64,000 nt of DNA from Minisyncoccota bacterium. Its GTDB lineage: Bacteria; Patescibacteriota; Minisyncoccia; Phycocordibacterales; UBA9973. Positions 1 to 8,986 of the stretch are shown piece by piece. The notes under the pieces were generated by a model. The model had not been told where the DNA came from, did not search any database, and worked only from the letters and a program-made list of their open reading frames with translations. The translations under genes and the position numbers were made by a program. How positions within the stretch are numbered: the first letter of the stretch is position 1; each line of letters starts with the position of its first letter. Location of the stretch: contig JANOFO010000011.1 of NCBI GenBank assembly GCA_031413715.1, forward strand, positions 18,903 through 82,902, given 5' to 3'.

Positions 1-493
1 TATAGCGGAATCCTTTGCCCTTGTATGGTTCTGGCTTTTTCATAGAACGGATTGATGCAGCAAAAGAACCTACGAGTTCCTTATCGATGCCTGAAATTGT
101 GATGTTGTTCTTCTCGGCTTTTACTTCTATACCTTCTGGGATAGTTACTTTCACTGGATGAGAGAAGCCAAGAGCAAGATTAAGGATCTTGCCAGCTACA
201 TCAGATTTAAATCCAACACCTTCTAATATTAGATTCTTTGTATAGCCAGTGTTCACACCGTCTACCATGTTTTTGACATGAGAAGCATATGCACCCCAGA
301 GAGCGTTCACTGTACGATCGCCTTCTTTGTTTGGAGTAAATGTTATTTCATTGTTGTTTATATGTATTGTGACATGGCCTGGGAAATCGCGGGTAAGTGT
401 TCCCTTTGGTCCTTTCGCAGAGAAAACTGTACCAGAGAGCTTGACCTCTGTACCGCTTGGAACTATTACTGTTTGTTTTCCTATACGTGACAT
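1..493 (-). CDS. rplF: 50S ribosomal protein L6 (3' end runs off the window)
   Basis: Minus-strand translation from the ATG at 493 gives MSRIGKQTVIVPSGTEV...RSMKKPEPYKGKGFRY; follows rpsH. Confidence 0.95.
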   Translation of the reverse strand, partial: MSRIGKQTVIVPSGTEVKLSGTVFSAKGPKGTLTRDFPGHVTIHINNNEITFTPNKEGDRTVNALWGAYASHVKNMVDGVNTGYTKNLILEGVGFKSDVAGKILNLALGFSHPVKVTIPEGIEVKAEKNNITISGIDKELVGSFAASIRSMKKPEPYKGKGFRY

Positions 494-517
494 ATATTTA
501 TTTCTTTATTTATCTTG

Positions 518-904
518 TTACCAAAGTTTGAATAACACTTCACCGCCGACCATTTCTTTGCGGGCTTGTTTGTCAGTTAGAATTCCTTTTGGTGTTGTAA
601 GAACAGTAAGTCCGAAACCGCTTCGAGTCGGCTTGATCTCCTTTACCCCTTTGTACACACGGCGAGAAGATTTGGATACGCGCTCAACTCCTGTAACTTT
701 AGGAGCTCCATCTACATATACGAGGCCGAGCTCAAGCGTAGGGAAACCTTTTTTTGTTTTCTTGGATACGGATTTAAGGAAACCTTCGCGTGCGAGACAT
801 TCTGCGATAGATTCTTTGATTTTTGAATACGGCACGGTAATAAACTCGTGCTCTCTTAGGCTTGCGTTCTTGATCATATTCATCATGTTTGCGATTTGAT
901 CCAT
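518..904 (-). CDS. rpsH: 30S ribosomal protein S8
   Basis: MDQIANMMNMIKNA...TPKGILTDKQARKEMVGGEVL; spc operon order. Confidence 0.97.
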   Translation of the reverse strand: MDQIANMMNMIKNASLREHEFITVPYSKIKESIAECLAREGFLKSVSKKTKKGFPTLELGLVYVDGAPKVTGVERVSKSSRRVYKGVKEIKPTRSGFGLTVLTTPKGILTDKQARKEMVGGEVLFKLW

Positions 905-913
905 ATAATTTGA

Positions 914-1099
914 TTACCAGCTTGATTTGCGAACACCAGGAAGCATGCCGTCGTTAGCGAGCTCGCGGAAGCAGATACGGCAAAGACCGAAGTCTCTCAT
1001 ATACGCATGGCCGCGACCGCAACGAAAACATCGATTTGTCTCTCGTGTTGAAAATTTGGACTTTTTACGATGTCGCGCTAAAACTGATGTTTTTGCCAT
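914..1099 (-). CDS. rpsN: 30S ribosomal protein S14, Zn-binding type
   Basis: 61 aa, RCFRCGR...[10 protein letters not shown]...GVRKSSW. Confidence 0.97.
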   Translation of the reverse strand: MAKTSVLARHRKKSKFSTRETNRCFRCGRGHAYMRDFGLCRICFRELANDGMLPGVRKSSW

Positions 1100-1202
1100 A
1101 AATAAAAATAAACGTTCTTAATCGAGCGATATCGTGTGTTATTTCTTAAAGCCTTTTGACCTTAAGGAGAAACACAGATCCTCTCAATACCGAACTCCCC
1201 CT

Positions 1203-1231
1203 ATACTATCAGATGCTAGTGTGAGTGTCAA
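1203..1231 (-). promoter_or_regulatory. sigma70-type promoter upstream of rpsN
   Basis: Minus strand TTGACA-17 nt-TAGTAT with TGn extension. Confidence 0.6.
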
Positions 1232-1400
1232 ATGGTAAAGGGATTACTTTTTACAGTAATCCCTTGTCCGGCAAAAGTTTAACTTTTCAGCCGCTTATTA
1301 TTGTTATGGCATTCCTCTATAAATGGAATTATCTATAGAGTCTAAGTCGCCTTATCTCCTTGGAGACTATTTAACTATATTAGGGACTTAATGTCAAGCA

Positions 1401-1422
1401 AAAATCCCCTTTCGGGGATTTT
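1401..1422 (-). terminator. Intrinsic terminator after rplE
   Basis: AAAATCCCC-TTTC-GGGGATTTT hairpin just past the rplE stop. Confidence 0.65.
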
Positions 1423-1432
1423 ATGGGAAGTC

Positions 1433-1972
1433 TTATTTCTTAAACGGAATTCCGATGAGTTCGAAGAATTCTGTCGCTTCTGGTTTAGTCTTTGCAGTTG
1501 TTACGATCGTAACTGCGAGGCCGAAGAGGTCTTTGATATCTTCATCCCCTGTTTCTGGGAAGATCGTGTGCTCTTTGATGCTCATAGTGAGGTTGCCGAT
1601 ATTATCCACTATTTTTCGTTCAATACCGCGGAAGTCTTTGGTGCGAGGAATAGCTACATTGATAAGTTTGTCGAGGAATCCATACATGCGCGCACCGCGG
1701 AGTGTGACGAGGACGCCAATCGGATCACCAAGACGAACCTTAAAAGATGCGATGGATTTCTTGGCACCGCGAGTCGCAGGCTTCTGGCCAGTAATTTTTG
1801 CCAAGCGCTCCATGATGAACTTGTTGCGATCTTTATCGCGCTTGATCCCTGAGCCTGTTCCAGATGCGACTACTACTTTTACCAAGTGAGGCGCAGCCAT
1901 AGAACCCTTGTAGTGGTGAGCTGCTTTCATCTTGGTATATGCTTTCTTTTCTTTTTGTTTGACTGTTTCCAT
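1433..1972 (-). CDS. rplE: 50S ribosomal protein L5
   Basis: ITGQKPATRGAKKSIASFKVR..VTLRGARMYGFLDKL..PRTKDFRG. Confidence 0.97.
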   Translation of the reverse strand: METVKQKEKKAYTKMKAAHHYKGSMAAPHLVKVVVASGTGSGIKRDKDRNKFIMERLAKITGQKPATRGAKKSIASFKVRLGDPIGVLVTLRGARMYGFLDKLINVAIPRTKDFRGIERKIVDNIGNLTMSIKEHTIFPETGDEDIKDLFGLAVTIVTTAKTKPEATEFFELIGIPFKK

Positions 1973-1977
1973 AAAAT

Positions 1978-2196
1978 TTAATTATTCTTCTTGACATTTG
2001 ATACATGGATCGGCATCGCAAGTTCAAGAATCTGGCTTGCTTCTCCGCGCTTCACCGCCTTGCGAGACTTCTTGTGGACATTGACGCCTTCAACAACTAC
2101 CTTGTTTTCACTTGGAATTGCTCGCATGACTTTGCCTTTCTTGCCTTTGTTTGCTCCGGCTATTATTATAACGTTATCACCTTTTTTAATCTTCAT
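1978..2196 (-). CDS. rplX: 50S ribosomal protein L24, short form (72 aa)
   Basis: KOW motif IKKGDNVIIIAG..KGKKGKV; ends shortly after PIHVSNV. Confidence 0.95.
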   Translation of the reverse strand: MKIKKGDNVIIIAGANKGKKGKVMRAIPSENKVVVEGVNVHKKSRKAVKRGEASQILELAMPIHVSNVKKNN

Positions 2197-2230
2197 AAAT
2201 ATTGTTTATATTAATTTCTTTTCATTGCCT

Positions 2231-2262
2231 GCCCCGTAGCGAGCTTTGCTCTGCTGTGGGGT
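2231..2262. repeat. Miniature CCCCG...GGGG palindrome
   Basis: GCCCCGTAGC GAGC TTT GCTC TGCTGTGGGGT between rplN and rplX. Confidence 0.5.
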
Positions 2263-2271
2263 CTCCGTTAT

Positions 2272-2643
2272 CTATATCACCTCTTGGGCGAGGGATATAA
2301 TCTTCTGATAGCCTTTCTCTGCAAGCTCGCGAGGAATCGGTCCGAAGACGCGACCACCTTTTGGATCCTGCTTGTCTTTTTCAAGTATCACAACAGCATT
2401 ATCATCAAAACGAATGTATGAGCCATCTTTACGGCGCAATGCTGAAACAGTACGTACTACAACAGCTTGATGGACATCCTTTTTCTTCACGCCTTTGCGA
2501 GGCTCGGCAATCTTGACTGAAATGATGACCTTATCACCAATACCAGCATAGCGACGCTTTGATGAGCCAAGTACTTTGAAAACTTTGCCCACTTTACCGC
2601 CGGCGTTGTCTGTGATATTTACTACTGTTCCATCTTGTATCAT
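2272..2643 (-). CDS. rplN: 50S ribosomal protein L14
   Basis: MIQ..DNAG..RRKDGSYIRFDDNAVV..RVFGPIPREL. Confidence 0.97.
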   Translation of the reverse strand: MIQDGTVVNITDNAGGKVGKVFKVLGSSKRRYAGIGDKVIISVKIAEPRKGVKKKDVHQAVVVRTVSALRRKDGSYIRFDDNAVVILEKDKQDPKGGRVFGPIPRELAEKGYQKIISLAQEVI

Positions 2644-2665
2644 ATAATTTTTATGTAAGCATTAA

Positions 2666-2908
2666 CTACAGCACTTTGAACTTCTTATCTTTTGATATTG
2701 GGCGAGTCTCTTCTATCTCAACGTTGTCACCAATCTTCTTCTCGTTGTTTTCATCATGAGCTTTATATTTCTTGGTCTTCTTTATGCGCTTGCCGTATTT
2801 CGAGTGCTCCACAAAGCGTGTGACTTTCACCACAACTGTCTTGTCCATCTTGTCTGATGTCACTATACCTTTCAATATTTTCTTTGGTTTTGAAATTTTT
2901 GCTTCCAT
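2666..2908 (-). CDS. rpsQ: 30S ribosomal protein S17
   Basis: [31 protein letters not shown]; start reassigned to the ATG at 2908. Confidence 0.95.
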   Translation of the reverse strand: MEAKISKPKKILKGIVTSDKMDKTVVVKVTRFVEHSKYGKRIKKTKKYKAHDENNEKKIGDNVEIEETRPISKDKKFKVL

Positions 2909-2912
2909 ATAA

Positions 2913-3329
2913 TTATCGTGCAACGACACGTGTTGTAACTGGCAATTTTGTACCGGCTTTGCGAAGGGCTTCTTTGGCAACAGCCTCCGTAACGCCATCG
3001 ACTTCAAAAATCACTCGGCCTGGGCGAATATCTAGACAGTACCCCTGAGGATCACCCTTACCCTTTCCCATTCCTACTTCTGCAGGCTTTGCGGTAAATG
3101 GTCTATCAGGGAATATTCTAATCCACATACGGCCAGTCTTGCCGATAGTTCGGGAAGTAACCTTGCGAGCTGATTCTATCTGATTTGATCGGATGCGTCC
3201 ACCAGCTGTAGCTTTTAGTCCGTATGAACCGAAGGCAACAGTAATACCGCGGGTATCAGGAGTGACCTTAGTCATGTCTGTACGACCGGTCTGCCACTTT
3301 CTAAATTTTACTTTTTTGGGTAGTAACAT
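2913..3329 (-). CDS. rplP: 50S ribosomal protein L16
   Basis: [25 protein letters not shown]. Confidence 0.97.
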   Translation of the reverse strand: MLLPKKVKFRKWQTGRTDMTKVTPDTRGITVAFGSYGLKATAGGRIRSNQIESARKVTSRTIGKTGRMWIRIFPDRPFTAKPAEVGMGKGKGDPQGYCLDIRPGRVIFEVDGVTEAVAKEALRKAGTKLPVTTRVVAR

Positions 3330-3337
3330 AAAATATT

Positions 3338-4018
3338 TTAACTATTGTTTCTTGAATTATTCTTTACATCATTGAAAACCTCACCTCGGTATATCCATAC
3401 CTTGATACCAATATCGCCGTAACTCATGTGTGCTTTCTCACGGGCAAAGTCTACATCGGCACGGAATGTCTGAAGTGGGATTGATCCGCGCTTGATCTGC
3501 TCGGAGCGTGCGATTTCGGATCCTGCAAGGCGTCCTCCTACATATATACGAGCTCCTTTTACTCCACGAGCAGCCATAATTTTCTCAATAGCTTGCTTGA
3601 TAACACGGCGATATGGAAGACGCTTCTCAAGGCCTTCAGCGATAGCGCAGCCTACGATAGCTGCATCAGCATCAGGGTTAGATACTTCTACGATATCAAA
3701 TTTAAAGTCTTCAGGGATTGCTACGTCTTTCTTTTTCATTGCAGCTACGAGGTCAGCTTTTAGTTTTGCTGCACCTTCACCAGAGCGTCCAATTATCATA
3801 CCCGGTCGTGATGTATGAACCATAATTTTAGTTGCTTTTACATTGCGTTCAATCTCTATGCGAGACACATAGAAACCACGGAGTTTCTTCATAAGGAATT
3901 CACGAATAACAACATCGCTCGCAAGAAGAGTTTTGTATTTCTTATCAGCAAACCAGCGTGACTTCCAGTCACGGATGATTACGAGTCTATGTGCGTATGG
4001 GTGTACTACTTTTGACAT
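3338..4018 (-). CDS. rpsC: 30S ribosomal protein S3
   Basis: KVVHPYAHRL..RPGMIIGRSG..PLQTFRADVD..GIKVWIY. Confidence 0.97.
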   Translation of the reverse strand: MSKVVHPYAHRLVIIRDWKSRWFADKKYKTLLASDVVIREFLMKKLRGFYVSRIEIERNVKATKIMVHTSRPGMIIGRSGEGAAKLKADLVAAMKKKDVAIPEDFKFDIVEVSNPDADAAIVGCAIAEGLEKRLPYRRVIKQAIEKIMAARGVKGARIYVGGRLAGSEIARSEQIKRGSIPLQTFRADVDFAREKAHMSYGDIGIKVWIYRGEVFNDVKNNSRNNS

Positions 4019-4031
4019 AATATAATAGAGA

Positions 4032-4460
4032 TTAGCTTTTAGCGGATAGCTTCTTAGGGGTCGACTTTTTTATTTTAGATGCTAGTGTCTTTTTTTCTGC
4101 TTTCTGTATGTTGGTTGCTTTGGTTTTCTGGTCAGGTGTTTTCTCTATAAGGGTAAGCATGACATGGCTGGTGCGCTTGTTGATTCGTGATGCACTACCG
4201 CGGGCGCGGGGCATGGAACGCTTCATAACAATTCCTTTATCTACAGTAAAAGTTGAAATATAAAGATTTTCTTCAGATATGCCTGCTTGTTTTGCATTTG
4301 CTACTGCAGAAGAAAGAAGTTTCTTCATTGGCTCTGTCGCACGCTTTGGAAGCGCGCTCAAATGAACAAAAGCCTCAGCAACCCTTTTGCCTTTGAGGAG
4401 TCCAGCTACAAGGCGAACCTTGCGTGGGGACTGTCTGTAGTTTTTTAAAAATGCTTTCAT
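4032..4460 (-). CDS. rplV: 50S ribosomal protein L22 with basic C-terminal extension
   Basis: RQSPRKVRLV..PRARGSASRINKRTSH. Confidence 0.96.
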   Translation of the reverse strand: MKAFLKNYRQSPRKVRLVAGLLKGKRVAEAFVHLSALPKRATEPMKKLLSSAVANAKQAGISEENLYISTFTVDKGIVMKRSMPRARGSASRINKRTSHVMLTLIEKTPDQKTKATNIQKAEKKTLASKIKKSTPKKLSAKS

Positions 4461-4472
4461 TACTATTAAAAA

Positions 4473-4817
4473 TTATTTCTTCTTGGTATCAGTGGCTGCT
4501 TTAGCGGATTTTGCTGCAGATATTTCGGCTTCTTTCTTTTTTTCTTCTAGTTCCTTCTGCATTTTGCCTCCGTGTCTGATGAACTTGCGAGTGGGAGAGA
4601 ATTCGCCAAGTCGGTGACCCACCATGTCCTCGCTCACCAAGACTTCTATATGGGTCTTGCCGTTGTGAACTCCAAAGACGAAACCTACCATCTCAGGCGA
4701 GATTACACATGGTCGTGACCATGTTTTAATCATCCCTGTTTCAATCGGTTTCTTACCAGCTATCTTTTTGAGAAGCCGTTCATCTACATATGGTCCTTTC
4801 TTTAGTGATCTGGTCAT
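4473..4817 (-). CDS. rpsS: 30S ribosomal protein S19 with C-terminal extension
   Basis: [30 protein letters not shown]; start set at the ATG at 4817. Confidence 0.96.
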   Translation of the reverse strand: MTRSLKKGPYVDERLLKKIAGKKPIETGMIKTWSRPCVISPEMVGFVFGVHNGKTHIEVLVSEDMVGHRLGEFSPTRKFIRHGGKMQKELEEKKKEAEISAAKSAKAATDTKKK

Positions 4818-4855
4818 AGATAATATAAATAAGCTCACAAAGAGCTCGTTCGTCT

Positions 4856-4883
4856 ATACTAGCAAATAGAGAAATAAAGTCAA
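4856..4883 (-). promoter_or_regulatory. Internal promoter restarting the S10 cluster at rpsS
   Basis: TTGACT-16 nt-TAGTAT with TGn extension; nearly identical to the tuf promoter. Confidence 0.6.
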
Positions 4884-4907
4884 ATAGAAGCTCTGCTTGA
4901 TTACAGA

Positions 4908-5366
4908 CTAATTTTTTAATGCAAAACTTTTTTGTAGATTTTCCAAGTCTTGAACATACTGTCTTCTCTTTTCTAGTAGTTTAGTTTTTTGTTGCTCAGT
5001 AAGTTCTCCTCCTCTGTTTTTTAGATTATTTATCTTATTTTTTAAAGAAAAGTAAATTTCTCGCGTCTCATTAATGTCGGTATCAGTTAATTCTTTCATG
5101 TTTTTTATAAAGTGCTCGATAACGACAAAAAGTTGGTTAATTGATACTTCTCTCACTTCATTTTGAAGCCCAATTTGTTCTTCATTTAAAGGTCTACTAT
5201 TAACTAACGCATCAATAAGATCTATTTCTCGTTTCAGGATTAAAATTTTTTCGTTTGAGTCATTTAATTTATCTATGAAGTCTCCTATCTGTTCTAAATT
5301 TTCTCCTTCTTTGAGGATATAGGTGTCTAGACCCTTTTTAACTTGAAAATAATTCTTTTCTTCCAT
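4908..5366 (-). CDS. Hypothetical coiled-coil protein
   Basis: 152-aa AT-rich ORF rich in E/K/N, no recognisable motif. Confidence 0.6.
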   Translation of the reverse strand: MEEKNYFQVKKGLDTYILKEGENLEQIGDFIDKLNDSNEKILILKREIDLIDALVNSRPLNEEQIGLQNEVREVSINQLFVVIEHFIKNMKELTDTDINETREIYFSLKNKINNLKNRGGELTEQQKTKLLEKRRQYVQDLENLQKSFALKN

Positions 5367-5439
5367 AATGTTTTTATTTTACCATTTTTACATTAAAATC
5401 CAATTGAACATTATGCACTCATATTTTTTATTTCATCTA

Positions 5440-5841
5440 TTAATTAAATTTATAGAGCAGGAGTATTTTCGGCAGGAAAACTATAAGTCCTACGATGCCG
5501 GCCATGGCAGCAGTGATGAGAACTGCGCCTGCGGCGACATCTTTGGTATCGCGAGCATAGGGGTGATAGGTAGGGCTAGTGAGATTGATATCGATCTCGA
5601 TCGCGGTATTGATAGACTCAGCGAGGATCACAAATCCGATTGCAAATATGATGAGCACCCATTCAATGGATGAGATGTGGAGGATGAAGCCAAGATAGAT
5701 CGCAAGTAGTCCAAAGAATATATGGACCCAGGCATTGTGTGTATTTCGAATGAAGATACCAATCCCCCGCCAAGCATTTGTCGTACTTCTGAGTCGAGAG
5801 AGTATAGAGAACCGCTTTTTTTCGGATAGTCTTGTTGCCAT
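5440..5841 (-). CDS. dgkA: Diacylglycerol/undecaprenol kinase (DgkA family)
   Basis: Three TM segments; ESINTAIE..D..KDVAAGAVL. Confidence 0.9.
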   Translation of the reverse strand: MATRLSEKKRFSILSRLRSTTNAWRGIGIFIRNTHNAWVHIFFGLLAIYLGFILHISSIEWVLIIFAIGFVILAESINTAIEIDINLTSPTYHPYARDTKDVAAGAVLITAAMAGIVGLIVFLPKILLLYKFN

Positions 5842-5852
5842 AGTGATATTAT

Positions 5853-5900
5853 ACACCCCTCAGTCACGATGTGACAGCTCCCCTTCGCAGGGGAGCAAAA
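5853..5900 (+). repeat. REP-like two-hairpin element, copy 1
   Basis: CACCCCTCA GTCAC-GAT-GTGAC A GCTCCCCT-TCGC-AGGGGAGC. Confidence 0.7.
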
Positions 5901-5901
5901 T

Positions 5902-6249
5902 TCACTCAAGTTCTGATTTTATCTTCATAAGCACTCCTTCCATATTTTTATTCACTTCATTATTCCATAAACGAAGAACTTTTATCCCTACAGTCTGTAA
6001 ATAAAAATCTCTTTCTTGATCGTATTCTTTATTTTCTATATGTTGAGAGCCGTCTAATTCGATAATTAGATTTTTCTCTTTGCAATAAAAATCAGCTATA
6101 TACGGTCCAACACCTTGTTGACGTCTGAATTTAACACCAAAGTTTTTACCTTTTAAATAGAACCAGAGTTTATATTCCTCTGGTGTCATTTCTTTGCGCA
6201 ATCGTTTCCTTCGCTCAAGTAATTTTGAATAATTAAATATCTCATACAT
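5902..6249 (-). CDS. DUF559 (Vsr-like) endonuclease domain protein
   Basis: LRKEMTPEE..LW..KFRRQ..PYIADFYC..IIELDGSQH..D.ERD..L..G.KVLRLWN. Confidence 0.9.
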   Translation of the reverse strand: MYEIFNYSKLLERRKRLRKEMTPEEYKLWFYLKGKNFGVKFRRQQGVGPYIADFYCKEKNLIIELDGSQHIENKEYDQERDFYLQTVGIKVLRLWNNEVNKNMEGVLMKIKSELE

Positions 6250-6263
6250 AGCATTTGTATTTT

Positions 6264-6303
6264 CCTCCCCTGCGAAGGGGAGGTGCCTTTAGGCGGAGGG
6301 GTG
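6264..6303 (-). repeat. REP-like two-hairpin element, copy 2 (inverted)
   Basis: Reverse complement CACCCCTCC GCCT-AA-AGGC A CCTCCCCT-TCGC-AGGGGAGG. Confidence 0.7.
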
Positions 6304-6316
6304 AACCCTATTTAGT

Positions 6317-6363
6317 ATACACCCCCTCGCCCTAGCGGGCACTCCCCCTTCACAGGGGAGAAG
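6317..6363 (+). repeat. REP-like two-hairpin element, copy 3
   Basis: ATACACCCCCTC GCCC-TAGC-GGGC ACTCCCCCT-TCAC-AGGGGAGAAG. Confidence 0.65.
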
Positions 6364-6380
6364 AATCCAAACCCAATACA

Positions 6381-6404
6381 AAAAATACCCTTTCGGGTAT
6401 TTTT
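6381..6404 (-). terminator. Intrinsic terminator after rplB
   Basis: AAAAATACCC-TTTC-GGGTATTTTT. Confidence 0.65.
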
Positions 6405-6414
6405 GTTGTATATA

Positions 6415-7260
6415 TTATGCTTTTGCTTTACCGACTTTTCGGCGAGAGACGATCCACATGTTTGAGTATTTTTTCGGTGTACGAGTCTTCTGACCTTTTC
6501 CAGATGGCTTGCCCCACATAGTCTTTGCACGGCGTAGTCCTCTTCCTTGGCGGCCTTCACCTCCACCGTGCGGGTGATCAACTGGATTCATGGCTGTACC
6601 GCGAACAGTTGGGCGGATGCCCTTCCATCGTGAACGTCCTGCTTTACCAAAGTTCTGAAGTTTGTATTCTGAGTTTGAAACTTCACCGATAGATGCATAG
6701 CAGTTCTCGGAAATCTTTCTTACTTCTGTTGATGGCATCTTTATATTCGTGTATCCGTTATCATTTGCCACTACCTGAGCAAATGTTCCTGCTCCGCGCG
6801 CAAGCTTGGCACCATTGCCTGGTTTAATTTCTACATTGTAAACAAATGTACCGATAGGAATGAGTTTAAGCGGAAGACGGTTGCCAGTAGTTAGCGGAGC
6901 TTTTTCGCCAACAGTAAATGTGTCCCCTACTTTCATAGATTTTGGCACAATAACATAGCGTTTCTCACCATCAGCATAAACTACGAGAGAAATAAATGCA
7001 TTGCGGTTTGGATCGTATTCTATTGAAGAAATCTTGGCTGGAATATCGCGCTTGTTGTACATGAAATCTATATCGCGATAAAGACGCTTGTGTCCACCAC
7101 CTTTGTGGCGAGTTGTTATACGGCCTTGATTGTTGCGACCGACAGATCTCTTGAAGCCTTTTGTAAGCGATTTCTCTGGCTTGCTCGTAGTCAAAACATT
7201 GCGGTATGACACAGTCGTTTGATGTCTCTTTGATGGTGTTGTAGGTTTATATGTTTTCAT
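6415..7260 (-). CDS. rplB: 50S ribosomal protein L2
   Basis: GRNNQGRITTRHKGGGHKR..EYDPNR..RGTAMNPVDHPHGGGEG. Confidence 0.98.
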   Translation of the reverse strand: MKTYKPTTPSKRHQTTVSYRNVLTTSKPEKSLTKGFKRSVGRNNQGRITTRHKGGGHKRLYRDIDFMYNKRDIPAKISSIEYDPNRNAFISLVVYADGEKRYVIVPKSMKVGDTFTVGEKAPLTTGNRLPLKLIPIGTFVYNVEIKPGNGAKLARGAGTFAQVVANDNGYTNIKMPSTEVRKISENCYASIGEVSNSEYKLQNFGKAGRSRWKGIRPTVRGTAMNPVDHPHGGGEGRQGRGLRRAKTMWGKPSGKGQKTRTPKKYSNMWIVSRRKVGKAKA

Positions 7261-7261
7261 A

Positions 7262-7591
7262 TTATGTAAATGCTATTTTATCACCTTTTTTCAAGTGAAC
7301 CACTGCCTTTTTACCACCTTGCTTTACGCCCATAATGCCCCCACGCATAACAACCTTTTTTGTTATCTGAGTGATAGAAATTTTTACAGGTGAGACATTG
7401 TATATCATCTTTATAGCTTTCTTTATCTCATTCTTATTAGCAATAGGAGCTACGTTGAAAGTATAGATACCTTTATCAGCTTCTATCGCAGATTTCTCAG
7501 TAATACGAGAACCGAGAATAAGAGGGTGCGTTTTACCTTTCTTGCTGTCATTTTTTTCTTCTTTCTTTAGTTGTGTTTTTTCTTTGGCCAT
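7262..7591 (-). CDS. rplW: 50S ribosomal protein L23
   Basis: ITEKS..YTFNV..ANKNEIKKAI..KKAVVHLKKG; operon position. Confidence 0.93.
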   Translation of the reverse strand: MAKEKTQLKKEEKNDSKKGKTHPLILGSRITEKSAIEADKGIYTFNVAPIANKNEIKKAIKMIYNVSPVKISITQITKKVVMRGGIMGVKQGGKKAVVHLKKGDKIAFT

Positions 7592-7597
7592 AAATTA

Positions 7598-8266
7598 TTA
7601 TTTCTTTTCTGTCTTACCACGAAGGAATGCAATACTCTCTGTCGGCTGCGCAATTATCACGTAGCGATGATTGAGCAAATCCACCGGATTAATATTGCGA
7701 ACTTCATCAACTTCTATTGTTGGGATATTAGCAAAACTTTTCTTGACTGTGTCACCCTTGGCAGGAACTGTCAGATATGTATTGCGTTTCTTTCCGCCTG
7801 TTATCTTTTCAAAACCTGAAACAGTGCTCAAGTCCTTCAAGACTGCCACAGCATCTTTCGTTTTTATATTCTTGAGTGCGAGTTCTTCTACGAAAAGGAT
7901 TTGACCCTTACGAAGTTTCTCAGAAAGTACGGTATAAAGTGCTTGAACGCGCATCTTTTTGTTGATTTTCTGTTCATAGCTCTTGTCATTGCGAGGACCG
8001 TGAGTAATACCACCTCCTTTCCAGATTGGGGAGCGTGTAGATCCGTGACGAGCGCGGCCTGTACCCTTCTGGCGCCATGGCTTGCGTCCACCACCCCTGA
8101 CTTCACCTCTACTTTTTGTGTGTGCAACCGGTGTGCGGGCATTAGCCTGCATCGCAGTCACCACTTGGTGAACAAGGTCAGCATTCCACGGAAGACCGAA
8201 AATGTTTTCCGGTACATTGAGCTTGCCGACTGCTTTACCTTTTTGATTGTATACTTGTGTTTCCAT
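7598..8266 (-). CDS. rplD: 50S ribosomal protein L4
   Basis: TKSRGEVRGGGRKPWRQKGTGRARHGSTRSP. Confidence 0.98.
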   Translation of the reverse strand: METQVYNQKGKAVGKLNVPENIFGLPWNADLVHQVVTAMQANARTPVAHTKSRGEVRGGGRKPWRQKGTGRARHGSTRSPIWKGGGITHGPRNDKSYEQKINKKMRVQALYTVLSEKLRKGQILFVEELALKNIKTKDAVAVLKDLSTVSGFEKITGGKKRNTYLTVPAKGDTVKKSFANIPTIEVDEVRNINPVDLLNHRYVIIAQPTESIAFLRGKTEKK

Positions 8267-8275
8267 ACTGTATTT

Positions 8276-8899
8276 TTAGCCTATGATTTCAACCAAGGTT
8301 CCACGTCGTCCGGGAATTGCACCTTTGACTATTAATTGATTATTTTCTTTATCTATAGCAACTATTTCCAAGTTCTTGACTGTTATGCGGTCGCCACCTG
8401 TACGGCCAGCCATGCGCATACCTTTTGGAACTTTGTTACGTAGTCCTCCACCGATAGAACCTGGTTCACGCTCAGAGTGTTTCTGACCGTGAGAACGTGG
8501 GCCACCGTGGAATCCGTGGCGCTTCACGACACCTTGGAAACCTTTACCTTTTGAAAGACCAGTAACTGTAACGATGTCGCCTTTCGCAAACACATCAACA
8601 GTGATCCTGTCTCCAACTGCGATCTCTTCGATATCTCGGAATTCACGTAGATGCTTAAATGCTGTATTACCCTCTGCCCCTTTCTGCGAAGGAAGTGTGT
8701 GTCCGAGATGCGCTTTAGTAGCACGAGATGTTTTTTGTTCATCAAATGCTACTTGGATAGCTGTGTATCCATCTGTGTCAGGGTTTTTGACTTGAGTTAC
8801 TACCAATGGCCCCGCATCTACAACTGTAGCTGGGATCACTGTGCCATCAAGATCAAAGCACTGCATCATATGCTGTTTTTTACCAAGAATAAATTTCAT
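8276..8899 (-). CDS. rplC: 50S ribosomal protein L3
   Basis: DGYTAIQV..SKGKGFQGVVKRHGF..KGMRMAG..VKGAIPG. Confidence 0.98.
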   Translation of the reverse strand: MKFILGKKQHMMQCFDLDGTVIPATVVDAGPLVVTQVKNPDTDGYTAIQVAFDEQKTSRATKAHLGHTLPSQKGAEGNTAFKHLREFRDIEEIAVGDRITVDVFAKGDIVTVTGLSKGKGFQGVVKRHGFHGGPRSHGQKHSEREPGSIGGGLRNKVPKGMRMAGRTGGDRITVKNLEIVAIDKENNQLIVKGAIPGRRGTLVEIIG

Positions 8900-8905
8900 A
8901 AATGA

Positions 8906-8984
8906 TTAGGTTCTAGTTTCGAGTGGCTAGTTTTTAGGGTCTGGGTCTTCTAGAACCTAGAAACTAATTACTAACAACTAATTA
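8906..8984. repeat. Heptameric CTAG-periodic inverted array A
   Basis: ttaggtt ctagttt cgagtgg ctagttt ttagggt ... ctagaac ctagaaa ctaatta ctaacaa ctaatta. Confidence 0.7.
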
Positions 8985-8986
8985 AT

